This document shows positions 12,056-24,654 of a DNA stretch of 46,934 bases, one piece after another. The stretch covers positions 248,001-294,934 of the forward strand of contig JAXLNO010000050.1 in assembly GCA_038087875.1 (NCBI GenBank), in the 5' to 3' direction. Position 1 is the first letter of the stretch. Every line of letters starts with the position of its first letter. The position numbers were made by a program, and so were the translations under genes. Under the pieces are notes generated by a model, which did not search any database, was not told the DNA's origin, and saw only the letters and a program-made list of their open reading frames with translations. The stretch comes from Malacoraja senta. Lineage: Eukaryota.

Positions 12056-12145
12056 CTACAACATATCGCTTGAAATGGAACCACGCATCGATAAAAGTCT
12101 CACATCTGCAAAGCCCAGGAAGAGCACGATGAAGCATCTCAGTTT
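12056..12145 (+). CDS. RGL1: RGL1-like coding exon (end of RasGEF domain): (S)YNISLEMEPRIDKSLTSAKPRKSTMKHLS(L)
   Basis: tttgccattctgtag acceptor, gtgagt donor; 90 nt, phase 2-2; matches SYxLSxEIE...SPKPRKSMVKRLSL. Confidence 0.88.
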
Positions 12146-12462
12146 GTGAGTAGAATAAAATAACTGTATCTGGTTAACCCAGAGTGCACGGTCCCTCATT
12201 GATGTGTAGGAAGGAGCAGAACTGCAGATGCTGGTTTGAACAGAAGGTGGACACACAAAGCTGGAGTAACTCAGTGGGTCAGGCAGAATCTCTGAAGAAA
12301 AGGAATGGGTAACGTTTTGGGTCGAGACCCTTCTCCAGACTGAAAGTCAGAGGTGAGGGAAATGAGAGATATGGAAGACATTTGAAAGCAGATGATGATC
12401 AAGGAAATGTAGATTGGTTCATTCGAAGGTAAACACAAAATGCTGGAGTAACTCAACGGGAC

Positions 12463-13580
12463 ATAGACATAGACAAAGAAAATAGGTGCAGGAGGAGGCC
12501 ATTTGGCCCTTCGAGCCAGCACCGCCATTTATTGTGATCATAGCTGATCGTCCCCAATCAATAACCCGTGCCTGCCTTCTCCCCATATCCCTTGATTCCA
12601 CCAGCCCCTAGAGCTCTATCTAACTCTCTCTTAAATCCATCCAGTGATTTGGCCTCCACTGCCCTCTGTGGCAGGAAATTCCACAAAATTCACAACTCTC
12701 TGGGTGAAAAAGTTTTTTTCTCACCTCAGTCTTAAACGGTCACCCCTTTATTCTAAGACTGTGGCCCCTGGTTCTGGACTCGCCCAACATTGGGAACGTT
12801 TTCCTGCATCTAGCTTGTCCAGTCCTTTTATAATTTTATATGTTTCTATAAGATCCCCCCTCATCGTTCTAAACTCCAGTGAATACAAGCCTAGCCTTTT
12901 CAATCTTTCCTCATATGACAGTCCCACCATCCCAGGGATCAATCTCGTGAACCTACGCTGCACTGCCTCAATCACAAGGATGTCCTTCCTCAAATTAGGA
13001 GACCAAAACAGTACACAATACTCTAGATGTGATCTCACCAGAGCCCTATACAACTGCAGAAGGACTTCTCTACTCCTATACTGAAATCCTCTTGTTATGA
13101 AGGCCAACATTCCATTAACTTTCTTCACTGCCTGCTGGACCTGTAAGCCAACTTGCAGTGACCGTTGTTCAAGGACACCCAGGTCTCGCTGCACCTCCCC
13201 CTTACCTAACCTAACCCCATTGAGATAATAATCTGCCCCCTTGTTTTTGCCACCAAAGTGGATAACCTCACATTTATCTATATTATACTGCATCTGCCAT
13301 GCATCTGCACACACATTCAACATGTTCAGGTCACCCTGCAATCTCCCAACATCCTCTTCACAGTTCACACTGCCACCCAGCTTTGTGTCATCTGCAAACA
13401 TGCTAGTGTTGCTCTTAATTCCCTCTTCCAAATCATTAATATATATGGTAAACAGTTGCGGCCCCAACACCAAGCCTTGCGGCACTCCACTCGCCACTGC
13501 CTGCCATTCTGAAAAGGACCCGTTCACTTTGATTCCTGTCTGCCAACCAATTTTCTATCCACGTCAACACCCTACCCCCG
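12463..13580 (-). mobile_element. CR1 LINE, 5'-truncated (RT C-terminal half)
   Basis: ORF 12748..13527 with SGVPQG..LGP.LF.IYINDL and FADDTKL; (ctatgt)n tail at the left end; inserted in a Penelope-derived repeat (gggaca/gagaca flanks). Confidence 0.92.
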
Positions 13581-13775
13581 GAGACAGGCAGCATCTCTGG
13601 AGAAAAGGAATTGGGTGACATTTTGGGTCGGGACCTTTCTGCAGACTAGAATGGTTCATTGTTGGCAGGGGAGAAGCTGACAACAAGGTATACAATCAGT
13701 AAAATTAATCAGGACAGTGTAATCAAACCCGAAACGTCACCAGCCCCTTTTCTCCAGAGTTGCCCCTTTTCTCCA

Positions 13776-15415
13776 GAAATCCAGGTTAGCCGGGAAGTGG
13801 TGTTAGGTAAATTGAATGGATTAAAGGCCGATAAATCCCCAGGGCCAGATAAGTTGCATCCCAGAGTACTTAAGGAAGTAGCCGCAGAAATAGTGGATGC
13901 ATTAGTGATAATTTTTCAAAACTCTTTAGATTCTGGAGTAGTTCCTGAGGACTGGAGGGTACCTAATGTAACCCCACTTTTTAAAAAGGGAGGGAGAGAG
14001 AAAACGGGGAATTACAGACCAGTTAGTCTAACATCGGTGGTGGGGAAATTCTGGAGTCAGTTATTAAAGATGGGATAGCAGCACATTTGGAAAGTGGTGA
14101 ATTCATTGGACAAAGTCAGCATGGATTTATGAAAGGTAAATCATGTCTGACGAATCTTATAGAATTTTTCGAGGACGTAACTAGTAGAGTGGATAAGGGA
14201 GAACCAGTGGATGTGTTATATCTGGACTTTCAGAAGGCTTTCGACAAGGTCCCACATAAGAGATTAGTATGCAAACTTAAAGCACATGGTATTGGGGGAT
14301 CAGTATTGATGTGGATAGAGAACTGGCTGGCAGACAGGAAGTAAGGAGTAGGAGTAAACGGGTCCTTTTCAGAATGGCAGGCAGTGACTAGTGGGGTACA
14401 GCAAGGCTCAGTGCTGGGACCCCAGCTATTTACAATATATATTAATAATCTGGATGAGGGAATTGAATGCAACATATCCAAGTTTGCAATGACACGAACC
14501 TGGGGGGCAGTGTTAGCTGTGAAGAGGATGCTAGGCGACTGCGAGGTGACTTGGATAGGCTGGGGGAGTGGGCAAATGCATGGCAGATGCAGTATAATGT
14601 GGATAAATGTGAGGTTATCCACTTTGGTGGCAAAAACAGGAAAGTAGACTTTTATCTGAATGGTGGCCGATTAGGAAAAGGGGAGATGCAACGAGACCTG
14701 GGTGTCATGGTACACCAGTCATTGAAAGTAGGCATGCAGGTGCAGCAGGCATTGAAGAAAGCAAATGGTATGTTAGCATTCATAGCAAAAGGATTTGAGT
14801 ATAAGAGCAGGGAGGTTCTACTGCAGTTGTACAGGGTCTTGGTGAGACCACACCTGGAGTATTGCGTACAGTTTTGGTCTCCTAATCTGAGGAAGACATT
14901 CTTGCTATAGAGGGAGTACAGAGAAGGTTCACCAGACTGATTCCTGGGATGGCAGGACTTTCATATGAAGAAAGACTGGATAGACTCGGCTTGTACACGC
15001 TAGAATTTAGAAGATTGAGGGGGGATCTTATAGAAACTTACAAAATTCTGAAGGGGTTGGACAGGTTAGATGCAAGAAGATTATTCCCGATGTTGGGGTA
15101 GTCCAGAACTAGGGATCACAGTTTAAGGATAGATGGGAAGTCTTTTAGGACCGAGATGAGAAAATCATCTTTTACACAGAGAGTGGTGAACCTGTGGAAT
15201 TCTCTGCCACAGAAGGTAGTTGAGGCGAGTTCATTGGCTATATTTAAGTGGGAGTTAGATGTGGCCCTTGTGGCTAAAGGGATCAGGGGGTATGGAGAGA
15301 AGGCAGGGATGGGATACTGAGTTGGATGATCAGCCATGATCATATTGAATGACGGTGCAGGCTCGAAGGGCCGAATGGCCTACTCCTGCACCTATTTTCT
15401 ATGTTTCTATGTCTA
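13776..15415 (+). mobile_element. CR1 LINE, 5'-truncated, frameshifted ORF2
   Basis: ORFs 13659..14078, 14087..14344 and 14467..14910 (KSPGPD, NYRPVSLTS, QHGF, YLDFQKAFDKV); ctatgtttctatgtcta tail. Confidence 0.93.
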
Positions 15416-16484
15416 TGCTGTCAGTCACACTGAGTTTCTCCAGCCTTTTTGTGTCTATCTTCGTTTTTTCATTGATCTTTGACATTGCCCTCCATGGTGA
15501 ATAGAGGCTTTTGGTATACAGGCCTTGTTTTCTCAGGACCGTATGATGGTGGGGAGGTCAGTACCCGTGATGGACCGGGCAGTGTCCACCACCTTTTATA
15601 ATCTCCTTCTTACCTGGGCTTTCGAGTTGCTGAACCTGGCCGTGATGCAACCAGTCAAAGATGCTGCCATGTACAGGTCCACCACCGATTTTCCGGCACC
15701 CTTGGTTCCAGAGCCTTTCTGGATTATCCTTTTTGCTGGGCAAAATGAGGTCATGGTCTCCAAGGGGAGTTCAATGGTACTGGAACGGTCCACCTAGGCC
15801 GCCGGTGGGCTGAGATATCGGCCCGCAAAGTTGGCCGTGGAAGTCGGCAATTGGAACGGATCTGCCTGCTCTGGCCGCAGGGGGCAAATTCATCCCGCCG
15901 ATCGGCACAGAAGTCCCGATGAGGTTAAGATCAGCCGCCTCACCCGGCCAGGGTACCACATTTTCGGGGGGAGTTCCTATCCATGTACCCGTCCATTATG
16001 CTTCACATATGAACCCTGTTAGAGGAAAGATGTTGTCAATCTGGAGGAGAGGGTGCAGAGAAGATTTACGAGATGTTGCCAGGACTCGGGGGCCTGAGCT
16101 ATAGAGAGAGGTTGTGCAGGCTAGGACTTTATTCCATGGAGTGCAGGAGGCTGATCTTATAGAAGTGTATAAGATCATGAGAGGAATAGATTTGGTAAAT
16201 GCACAGTCTTTTACCCGGAGTTGAGGAAATCGAGAACCAGAAGACATAGGCTTAAGGTGTGGGGGGAAAGATTTAATAGGAACCTGAGGGGCCACCTTTT
16301 TACACCTAGGGTAGAAGGTGTGTGGAGCGAGCTGCCAGAGGAGGTAGTGGACTATAACAATATTTAAAACACATTTGGATGGTTTAGAGGGATGTAGACC
16401 AAACACAGGCAGGTGGGACTAGTGTAACTGGGACATGTTGGTCGGTGTGGGCAAGTTGAGTTGAGAAGCCTGTTTCCACGCTGT

Positions 16485-19400
16485 ATAACCATATAACCAT
16501 TACAGCACGGAAACAGGCCATCTCGGCCCTTCAAGTCCGTGCCGAACACTTTTTTTTTTCCTTCTTTCTTCTTTCTTCCCCCTAGTCCCATCTACCTGCA
16601 TTCAGACCATAACCCTCCATTCCTTTCCTGTCCATATACTCATCCAATCTATTTTTAAAGGATAAAATCGAAACTGCCTCCACCACTTCCACTGGAAGCT
16701 CATTCCACATAGCTACCACTCCCATGGGTAAAGAAGTTCCCCCTAATGTTACCCCTAAACTTCTGTCCCTTAATTCTTAAGTCATGTCCCCTTGTTTGAA
16801 TCTTCCCTACTCTCAATGGGAAAAGCTTATCCACGTCAACTCTAACCCGCTCATCATTTTCAAGACCTCTATCAAGTCCCCCCTTAACATTCTGCGCTCC
16901 AAAGAATAAAGACCTAACTTGTTCAACCTTTCTCTGTAACTTAGTTGCTGAAACCCAGGCAACATTCTAGTAAATCTCCTCTGTACTCTCTCTATTTTGT
17001 TGACATCCTTCCTATAATTAGGCGACCAAAATTGTGCTCCATACCAGAATTGGCCTCACCAATGCCTTGTACAATTTTAACATTACATCCCAACTTCAAT
17101 ATTCAATGCTGTGATTTATAAAGGCCAGCACACCAAAAGCTTTCTTTACCACCCTATCTACATGAGATTCCACCTTCATGGAACTATGCACAGTTATGCC
17201 TAGATCCCTCTGTTCAACTGCATTCCTCAATTCGCTACCATTTACCATGTACGTCCTATTTTGATTTGTCCTGCCAAGATGTAGCACCTCACATTTATCA
17301 GCATTAAACTCCATATGCCATCTTTCAGCCCACTCTTCCAAATGGCCTAAATCTCTCTGTAGACTTTGAAAATCCACTTCATTATCCACAACACCACCTA
17401 TCTTAGTATCATCTGCATACTTACTAATCCAATTTTCCACACCATCATACAGATCATTGATGTATGACAAACAACAGTGGACCCAACACAGACCCCTGAG
17501 GCACCCCACTAGTCACCGGCCTCCAACCTGACAAACAGCCATCCACCATTACTCTCTGGCATCTCCCATTCAGCCACTGTTGAATCCATCTTGCTACTCC
17601 ACCATTAATACCCAACAATTGAATCTTCTTAACCAACCTTCCATGTGGAACCTTGTCAAATGCCTTACTGAAGTCCATATAGACAACATCCACTGCTTTA
17701 CCCTCATCAATTTCCCTAGTAACCTCTTTGAAAAATTCAAGAAGTTTAGTCAAGCATGACCTTCCAGGCACAAATCCATGTTGACTGTTCCTAATCAGAC
17801 CCTGCTTATCCAGATGCTTATATATATTATCTTTAAGTATCCTTTCCATTAATTTGCCCACCACTGACGTCAAACTAACAGGTCTATAATTGCTAGGTTT
17901 ACTCTTAGAACCCTTTTTAAACAACGGAACAACATGCGCAGTACGCCAATCCTCCGGCACCATTCCCGTTTCTAATGACATTTGAAATATTTCTGTCATA
18001 GCCCCTGCTATTTCTACACTAACTTCCCTCAATGTCCTAGGGAATATCCTGTCAGGATCTGGAGACTTATCCGTTTTCATATTTTTCAAAAGTGTCCGCA
18101 CCTCCTCTTCTTTGAATCTCATAGTTTCCATTGCTACTCTGTTTGGTTCCCTTGCCTCACGTAATTCAATATCCTTCTCCTTGGTGAATACCGAAGAAAA
18201 GAAATTGTTCAATATCTCCCCCATCTCTTTTGGCTCTGCAGATAGCTGTCCACTCTGACTCTCCAATGGACCAATTTTATTCCTTGTTATCCTTTTGCTA
18301 TTAATATAGCTGTAGAAACCATTTGGATTTACTTTCACTTTACTTGCCAAAGCAACCTCATATCTTCTTTAAGCTTTTCTAATTTCTTTCTTAATATTCT
18401 TTTTACATTCTTTATACTCCTCAAGCACCTCATTTACTCAATGCTCCCTAAAATTATTGTAGATCTCTCTCTTTTTCCGAACCGTGTCCAATTTCCCTTG
18501 AAAACTATGGCTCTTTCCAATTTTTACTATTTCCTTTCAACCGAACAGGGACATAAAGATTCTGTACTCTTAAAATTTCACCTTTAAATGTCCTCCATTT
18601 CTCTTCTACATCCTTCCCATAAAACAACGTCCCAATTCACTCCTTTTAAATCCTTTCGCATCTCCTCAAATTTAGCCTTTCTTCAATCAAAAATCTCAAC
18701 CCTAGGTCCAGTTCTGACCCTCTCCATAATTATATTGAAACTAATGGTATTATGATCACTGGACCCGAAGTGCTCCCCAACGCATACCTCTGCCACCTGC
18801 CCTGTCTCATTTCCTCACAGGAGGTCCAGCACTGCCCCTTCTCTAGTAGGTACCTCTATATATTGCTGCAAAAAACTATCCTGCACACATTTTACAAACT
18901 CCAAACCATCCAGCCCTTTTACAGAATGTGTTTCCCAGTCTATGTGTGGAAAATTGAAATTTCCCACAATCACTACCTTGTGCTTACTACTAATATCTGC
19001 TATCTCCTTACATATTTGCTCTTCCAATTCTCGCTCCCCATTAGGCAGTCTATAATACACCCCTATAAGTGTTGCTGCACCTTTCCCGTTTCTCAGTTCC
19101 ACCCAAATAGCCTCCCTAGACGAGCCCTCTAATCTATCCTGCCAAAGCACTGCTGTAATATCTTCCTTGACAAGCAATGTAACACCCCCACCTCTTGCCG
19201 CTCCAATTCTATCACCCCTGAAGCAACGAAATCCTGGAATATTTAGTTTCCAATCACAGCACTCCTGCAACCATGTTTCACTGATCGCCACAACAACATA
19301 CTTCCAGGTGTCAATCCAGGCTCTAAGCTCATCCACCTTTCTTACAATGCTCCTAGCATTAAAATGTACACATTTAAGAAACCCACCACCACTTATTCTC

Positions 19401-19660
19401 TGTTTATTATCTTTTTCTTCTTTCTCTCCTACATTTTGGGTCCGAGTGCTTCCCTTCTCTGCCTCCTGCCTCGCGCATTATCTACTGGCTTTCTCTATTT
19501 GAGTCCCTCCCCCCAACCGTTGTAGTTTAAAGTCTCCCCAGTAGCATTTGCAAATCTGCCCGCCAGGATATTGGTCCCCCTCGGGTTCAAGTGCAACCCG
19601 TCCTTTCTGTACAGGTCACACCTTCCCCAAAAGAGGTCCCAATGATCCAGAAATCTGAAT
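16485..19660 (-). mobile_element. Long CR1 LINE (second family): ORF1 esterase C-terminus, APE endonuclease, RT, 3'UTR
   Basis: Minus strand ~19540-19655 reads HWDLFWGRCDLYRKDGLHLNPRGTNILAGRF (SGNH esterase). ORF 18815..19336 is APE (SETWL, GNFNFP); 17454..18350 and 17096..17509 are RT (YADD); (atggttat)n tail. Confidence 0.93.
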
Positions 19661-20451
19661 CTCATTGAGCAGGTCCTTTCAGTTATAAATTCACCGCTAC
19701 TATCGAACTATCCGTCAAACCACTACCTTACTATTTTGAGCTATTTCCGTACATCACACAGAGGGGAAATAATGCAGAGCTCAGGCAACCGATGAAGTAA
19801 TCAATTATTCCTAATCCGCAGCACGCCCCGTGTAATAATTAATTAATAGACCATTATGTGGCCATTTAGAATGCGCAAGGCATTTTTGGCTGCAATCTTT
19901 CATGGATAATGACTGCGCCACATTCTCGATAAAGGGTTTTGTGCAGCAGCATTAATTATATCCTGCCACTTCACCTTCCATATGGCCAATTCAACTTTAC
20001 GGCCTTGTCGATTTATGTGCTTTTGCTTTGTATCGAGATTTACTTTGGATGTCTTGAAGAAGGGTTTCGACCCAAGACGTCACCCATTCCTTCTTTCCAG
20101 AGATGCTGCCTGTCCCGCTGAGTTACTCCAGCTTTTTGTGGCTATTTATGATGGATTTTGCCAGGACTTGAGGGACTGAGCCATAGGGAGAGGTTGAGCA
20201 GGCTTGGAGTGCAGGAGGGTGAGGGGTGACCTTAGAGAGGTGAACAAGATCATGAGGGGAATAGATAAAGTGAATGTAGTATGTTACACATTGTTTGGGA
20301 ATCAAGATCCACAGCACATAGGTGAGATGATAAAGATTTACTAGGAAGCTGAGGTGCATCTTTTTCACCCATAGAGAGTGGTGGATACAAGGAACGAGCT
20401 TCCAGAGGAGGTATTTGAGGCAGGTGTTATAACAATATTTAAAAGACATCA

Positions 20452-20700
20452 GCTCAGTCTGTCTAAACCTACCTGACCTCCCAGTTGCTCAACACTTAAT
20501 TCCCCTCCCAATCCCATACTGACCTTTCTGTCCTGGGCCTCCTCCGTTGTCAGAGTGAGGCCCAGCGCAAATTTGAGGAACAGCACCTTGTATTTCACTT
20601 GGATAGCTTACACCTCAGCGTTGTGAACATTGACTTCTCTAACTTCAAGTAAACCTTATTTTCCCTCTCTTCCCAGTACTCCCACCTGTCTCCGACCTGT
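20452..20700 (+). mobile_element. Penelope-like element 3' fragment (end of GIY-YIG domain)
   Basis: Similar to 30040-30240 (PDLPVAQH.NSP..SH.DLSVLGLL...EEQHL.F). Related fragments at ~21430-21545 and ~24365-24480. Confidence 0.7.
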
Positions 20701-20769
20701 ACCAACTGCAGATTGCTCTGGGCCCACATCTACAAAGCCCAGGAAGAGCATCGTGAAGCGTCTCAGTCT
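20677..20769 (+). CDS. Putative duplicated/chimeric RGL1-like exon: TPTCLRPVPTADCSGPTSTKPRKSIVKRLS(L)
   Basis: The 3' part and gtgagt donor duplicate those of exon 12056-12145. The acceptor ttattttccctctcttcccag lies in a Penelope-derived fragment. 93 nt, phase 2-2, no stop. Actual use is not demonstrated. Confidence 0.5.
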
Positions 20770-21762
20770 GTGAGTAGAATAAAATAACTGTATCTGTTAA
20801 CCCAGAGAGCACGGTCCCTCATTGATGTGTAGGAAGGAGCAGAACTGCAGATGCTGGTTTGAATCGAAGATAGACATAAAAACCTGGAGAAACTCAGAGG
20901 GTCAGGCAGCATCTCTGGAGAGAAGGAATGGGTGACATTTTGGGTCGAGACCCTTCTGCAGATTAGAATGGTTCAATGTTGGCAGGGGAAAAGATGACAA
21001 GGCATACATTCAGTAAAATTAATCAGGACAATCAGACCCAAAACGTCACCTGCCTGTTTTCTCCAGAGATGCTGTCAGTCCCGCTGAGCTCCTCCAACCT
21101 TTTGTGTCTATCTTCGGTTTTTCATTGATCTTTGACATTTCCCTCATGGTGAGTAGAGCCTTTTGGTATACAGGCCTTGTTTTCACAGAACCGTTTGATA
21201 GTGGGGAGGTCAGTACCCGTGATGGACCGGGTAGTGTCCAACACCTTTTATAATCTTCTTCTTTCCTTGGCTTTCGAGTTGCTGAACCTGGCCGTGATGC
21301 AACCAGTCAAAGATGCTGCCATGTACAGGTCCACCACCGATTTTCCGGCACCCTTGGTTCCAGAGCCTTTCTGGATTATCCGTTTTGCCAGACCAATAGA
21401 GGTCCCAGCCTCTGAGACTTTACTGGAGAACCTACCCCGATCTCCCGGTTGCTCAACACTTAATTTCCCTCCCATTCCCACACTGACCTTTCTGTCCTTG
21501 GCCTCCTCCATTGTCAAAGTGAGGCCCAGCGCAAATTGGAGGAAGGGTTTGGGCGATCAAATTGAAATTAGCTTCCTTGAAGTTGTTGGCAGGAGATCTG
21601 TGTAAAGAAGATTAAATCATTTAGTGGGTTTAGCGTGAGCATTGGCTGCAGCTCACTTCACTGGTCATAATTAGCAATGTTGGATACATGTAAACATGTA
21701 TGATTCCAGAGGCCTGACATTAGAGTGGTAGGAGGTATCCAGTTGTCTGAGACAGGTTTCAC

Positions 21763-23958
21763 GGTACCCGGACGTGGCGCCGACGGAAAAGAAGCCGAAG
21801 CAAAGAAGTGGAAGCTAAATAACCGAATGGAAACGAAGCCGAAACGCCAAATAACCGAATGGGAATGAAGCCGAAATGCCAACTAACCGAAAGGGTGGGA
21901 CTCCTAAAAGCTAACTAACCGAAGGGCTGTGTCGCCTACAAGCAAACTCACCGAATGGCCACTCTGGCGAAACGCCACCTACCCGAAAGGCGGCGTAGAC
22001 AACAAGCCTACAAACCGAATGCCGCTCAACAGTAAAGTCAAATAACGGACATGACGTTGCCGGGGGGCCGGACTTGTCAGCGATTGGTCCAGACCCCCGT
22101 GTCCATCATATCACTGGAGGGATGAACATTGTCCCACGCCTCCACTCCACCCAATCCACACCCCGCGGAGGGTGGTCGTGGGAGAGTGGGGGCTGTCCCG
22201 AGCGATGCGCACATTCGGCCACTTACAACTTGGTGCTTGGGTTCAGATTGCACAGTCATCTATGGCTTGTGTGGGAAAATGATCCCCACCCTCCCGTCTC
22301 CCCCTTCTCTTTCCCCTCTTCTCTCTCTTCCCCCACTCTCTCTCCCCCTTCTATTTCTCCCCCTCACCTCTCTCTCTCTTCCCCTTCTCTCTCTCTCCTC
22401 CTCTGTCTCCCCCTCCTCTCTTTCCCCCCTCTCTTCCCTTCCCTCTTTCTCTTCCCTCTTCTCTCTCTCCCCCTTCTCTCATCCCTCATCTCTCTCCCCC
22501 TCTCTCTTTCTCCCCCCCTCTCTCTGTCCCCCCTTCTCTCTCTACCCCACTTATTCAGAGCAGCTATGGAAGTTGAGAAAACTGGCACTGACAGCGAAGA
22601 TAGACACAAAATGCTGGAGTGACTCAGTGGGACATACAGCATCTCTGGAGAGAAGGAATGGGTGGCGTTTCGAGTCGAGACTCTTCAGATTCAGTCTTCA
22701 GGTCTGAAGAAGGGTCTCGATATGAAACGTCACCCATTCCTTCTCTCCAGAGATGCTGCCTGTCCCGCTGAGTTACTCCAGCTTTTTGTGTCCATCTTCG
22801 GTTTACAGTTTCAGGTGTTTTGTGCGTGGGAGCCTGTATGTGTTCCGCAAGCAACCAGATGGTAACCGGCGGGAGGGTGGGGGTCATTTTCCCACACAAG
22901 TCATAGGTGACTGGGCAATCTGAACCCAAGCACCAAGTTGTAAGCGGCCGAAGGTGCGCATCCCTCGGGACAGCTCCACTCTCCCACGACAACAAGAAGC
23001 ACGTTTGATTTATTACCGTCTGGTTGCTTGCGGAACGCGCACAAGCTCCCACGCACAAAACACCAGAATCTGTAAACTGTTTTAACCGAAGATAGACTCA
23101 AAAAGCTGGAGTAACTCAGCGGAACAGGCAGCATCTCTGGAGAGAAGGAATGGCTGACGTTTCATGTCGAGACCATTCTTCAGACCTGAAGACTGAATCT
23201 GAAGAGTCTCGACACGAAACGCCACCCATTCCCTCTCTCCAGTGATGCTGCCTATCCCACTGAGTCACTCCAGCATGTTGTGTCTATCTTTGCTGTCAGT
23301 GCCAGTTTTCTCAACTTCCATAGCTGCTTTGCATAAGTGGGGGAGAGCGCGAAGGGGGGAGGGAGAGAGAGGAGAGAGAGAGGGGGGAGACGGGAGCGTG
23401 GGGGTCATTTTACCACACAAGCCATAGGTGACTGGGCAATCTGAACCCAAGAACCAAGTTGCAAGCGGCCGAATGTGTATATCCCTCGGGACAGCCCCCA
23501 CTCTCCCACGGCCACCCTCCGCGGGCTGTGGGACAGGTGGAGCAGAGGTGTGGGACAATGTTCATCCCTCCACAGTGATATGATGGACGCGGAGGTTTGG
23601 ACCAAGTGCTGACAAGTCCCGCACCCCGGCAACATCATGTCCATTATTTGAGTTTTCTGTTGAGCGGCATTCGGTCCATTGGCTTGTAGGTGACACCGCC
23701 TTTCCAGTAGGTGGCGTTTCGGCAGAGCGGCCATTCGATGAGTTTGCTTTTAGACAACACAGCCTTTCGGTTAGATGGCTTTTAGGCGTCCCGCCCTTTC
23801 GGTTCATTTGCATTTAGGCGTCCCACCCTTTCGGTTAGTTGGGGTTTCGGCTTTGTTTCCATTCGGTTATTTGGCGTTTCGGCTTTGTTTCCATTCTGTT
23901 ATTGGGCTTCCACTTCTTTGCTTCGGCTTCTCGTCTTTCGGTTCCATGTCTGCATTCG
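21763..23958. mobile_element. Non-autonomous foldback (Mutator-like) element with ~1-kb inverted arms
   Basis: 21763-~22865 is the reverse complement of ~23013-23958; subterminal arrays of gccaaataaccgaa; flanked by aggtttcac (21754-21762) and tggtttcac (23959-23967). Superfamily assignment is inference. Confidence 0.75.
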
Positions 23959-24654
23959 TGGTTTCACAATTGCTGCTAGTCAGAGGGTGGTGATTGTGTG
24001 GAATTCTTTGCCACAGAAGGCTGTTGAGGCCAAGTCAATGGATATTTCGAAAGCAGAGATAGATAGATGTTTGTTTAAGAAAGAACTGCAGATGCTGGAA
24101 AAATCAAAGATAGACAAAAATGCTGGAGGAACTCAGGAGGTGAAGCAGCATCTATGGAGAGAAGGAATAGGCCACATTTTGGGTCGAGACCCTTCTTCAG
24201 AATGACAGATAAATAGATTTTTGATTAGTACAGGTGTCAGGGGTTATGGGGAGAAGGCAGGAGAACGCAGTTAGGAGGGAAATATAGATCAGCCATGATG
24301 GAATGGTGGAGTATATTTGATGGGCCGAATGGCCTAATTCTGCTCCTATCACTTATGAACTTGTGAACAGCACCTCACATTTTGCTTGGGCAGCTTACAC
24401 TCTAGTGGTATGAACATTGGCTTCTCTAACTTCAAGTAGCCCTTGCTTTCCCTCTCTCTCCTCCATCCCTCCCCCTTCCCAGTTTCCTCACTAGTCTCAC
24501 TGTCGCTGACAACATTTTATCTCTGTGCCCACTCTCGTCATCACACTGAAGAAGGGTCTCGAAACGAAATGTCACCCATTCCTTCTCTCCAGAGATGCTG
24601 CCTGTCCCGCTGAGTTACTCCAGCATTTTGTGTCTTTTCTTTTATTTAAAAGAC

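Noticed and set aside
12463..19660. Active autonomous LINEs
   Set aside because: All copies are truncated and/or carry frameshifts and stops.
21780..22050. Regularly spaced ccgaa motifs resembling a CRISPR array (also 32190-32480)
   Set aside because: Degenerate units without identical repeats or unique spacers, eukaryotic context, no cas genes; they are transposon subterminal repeats.
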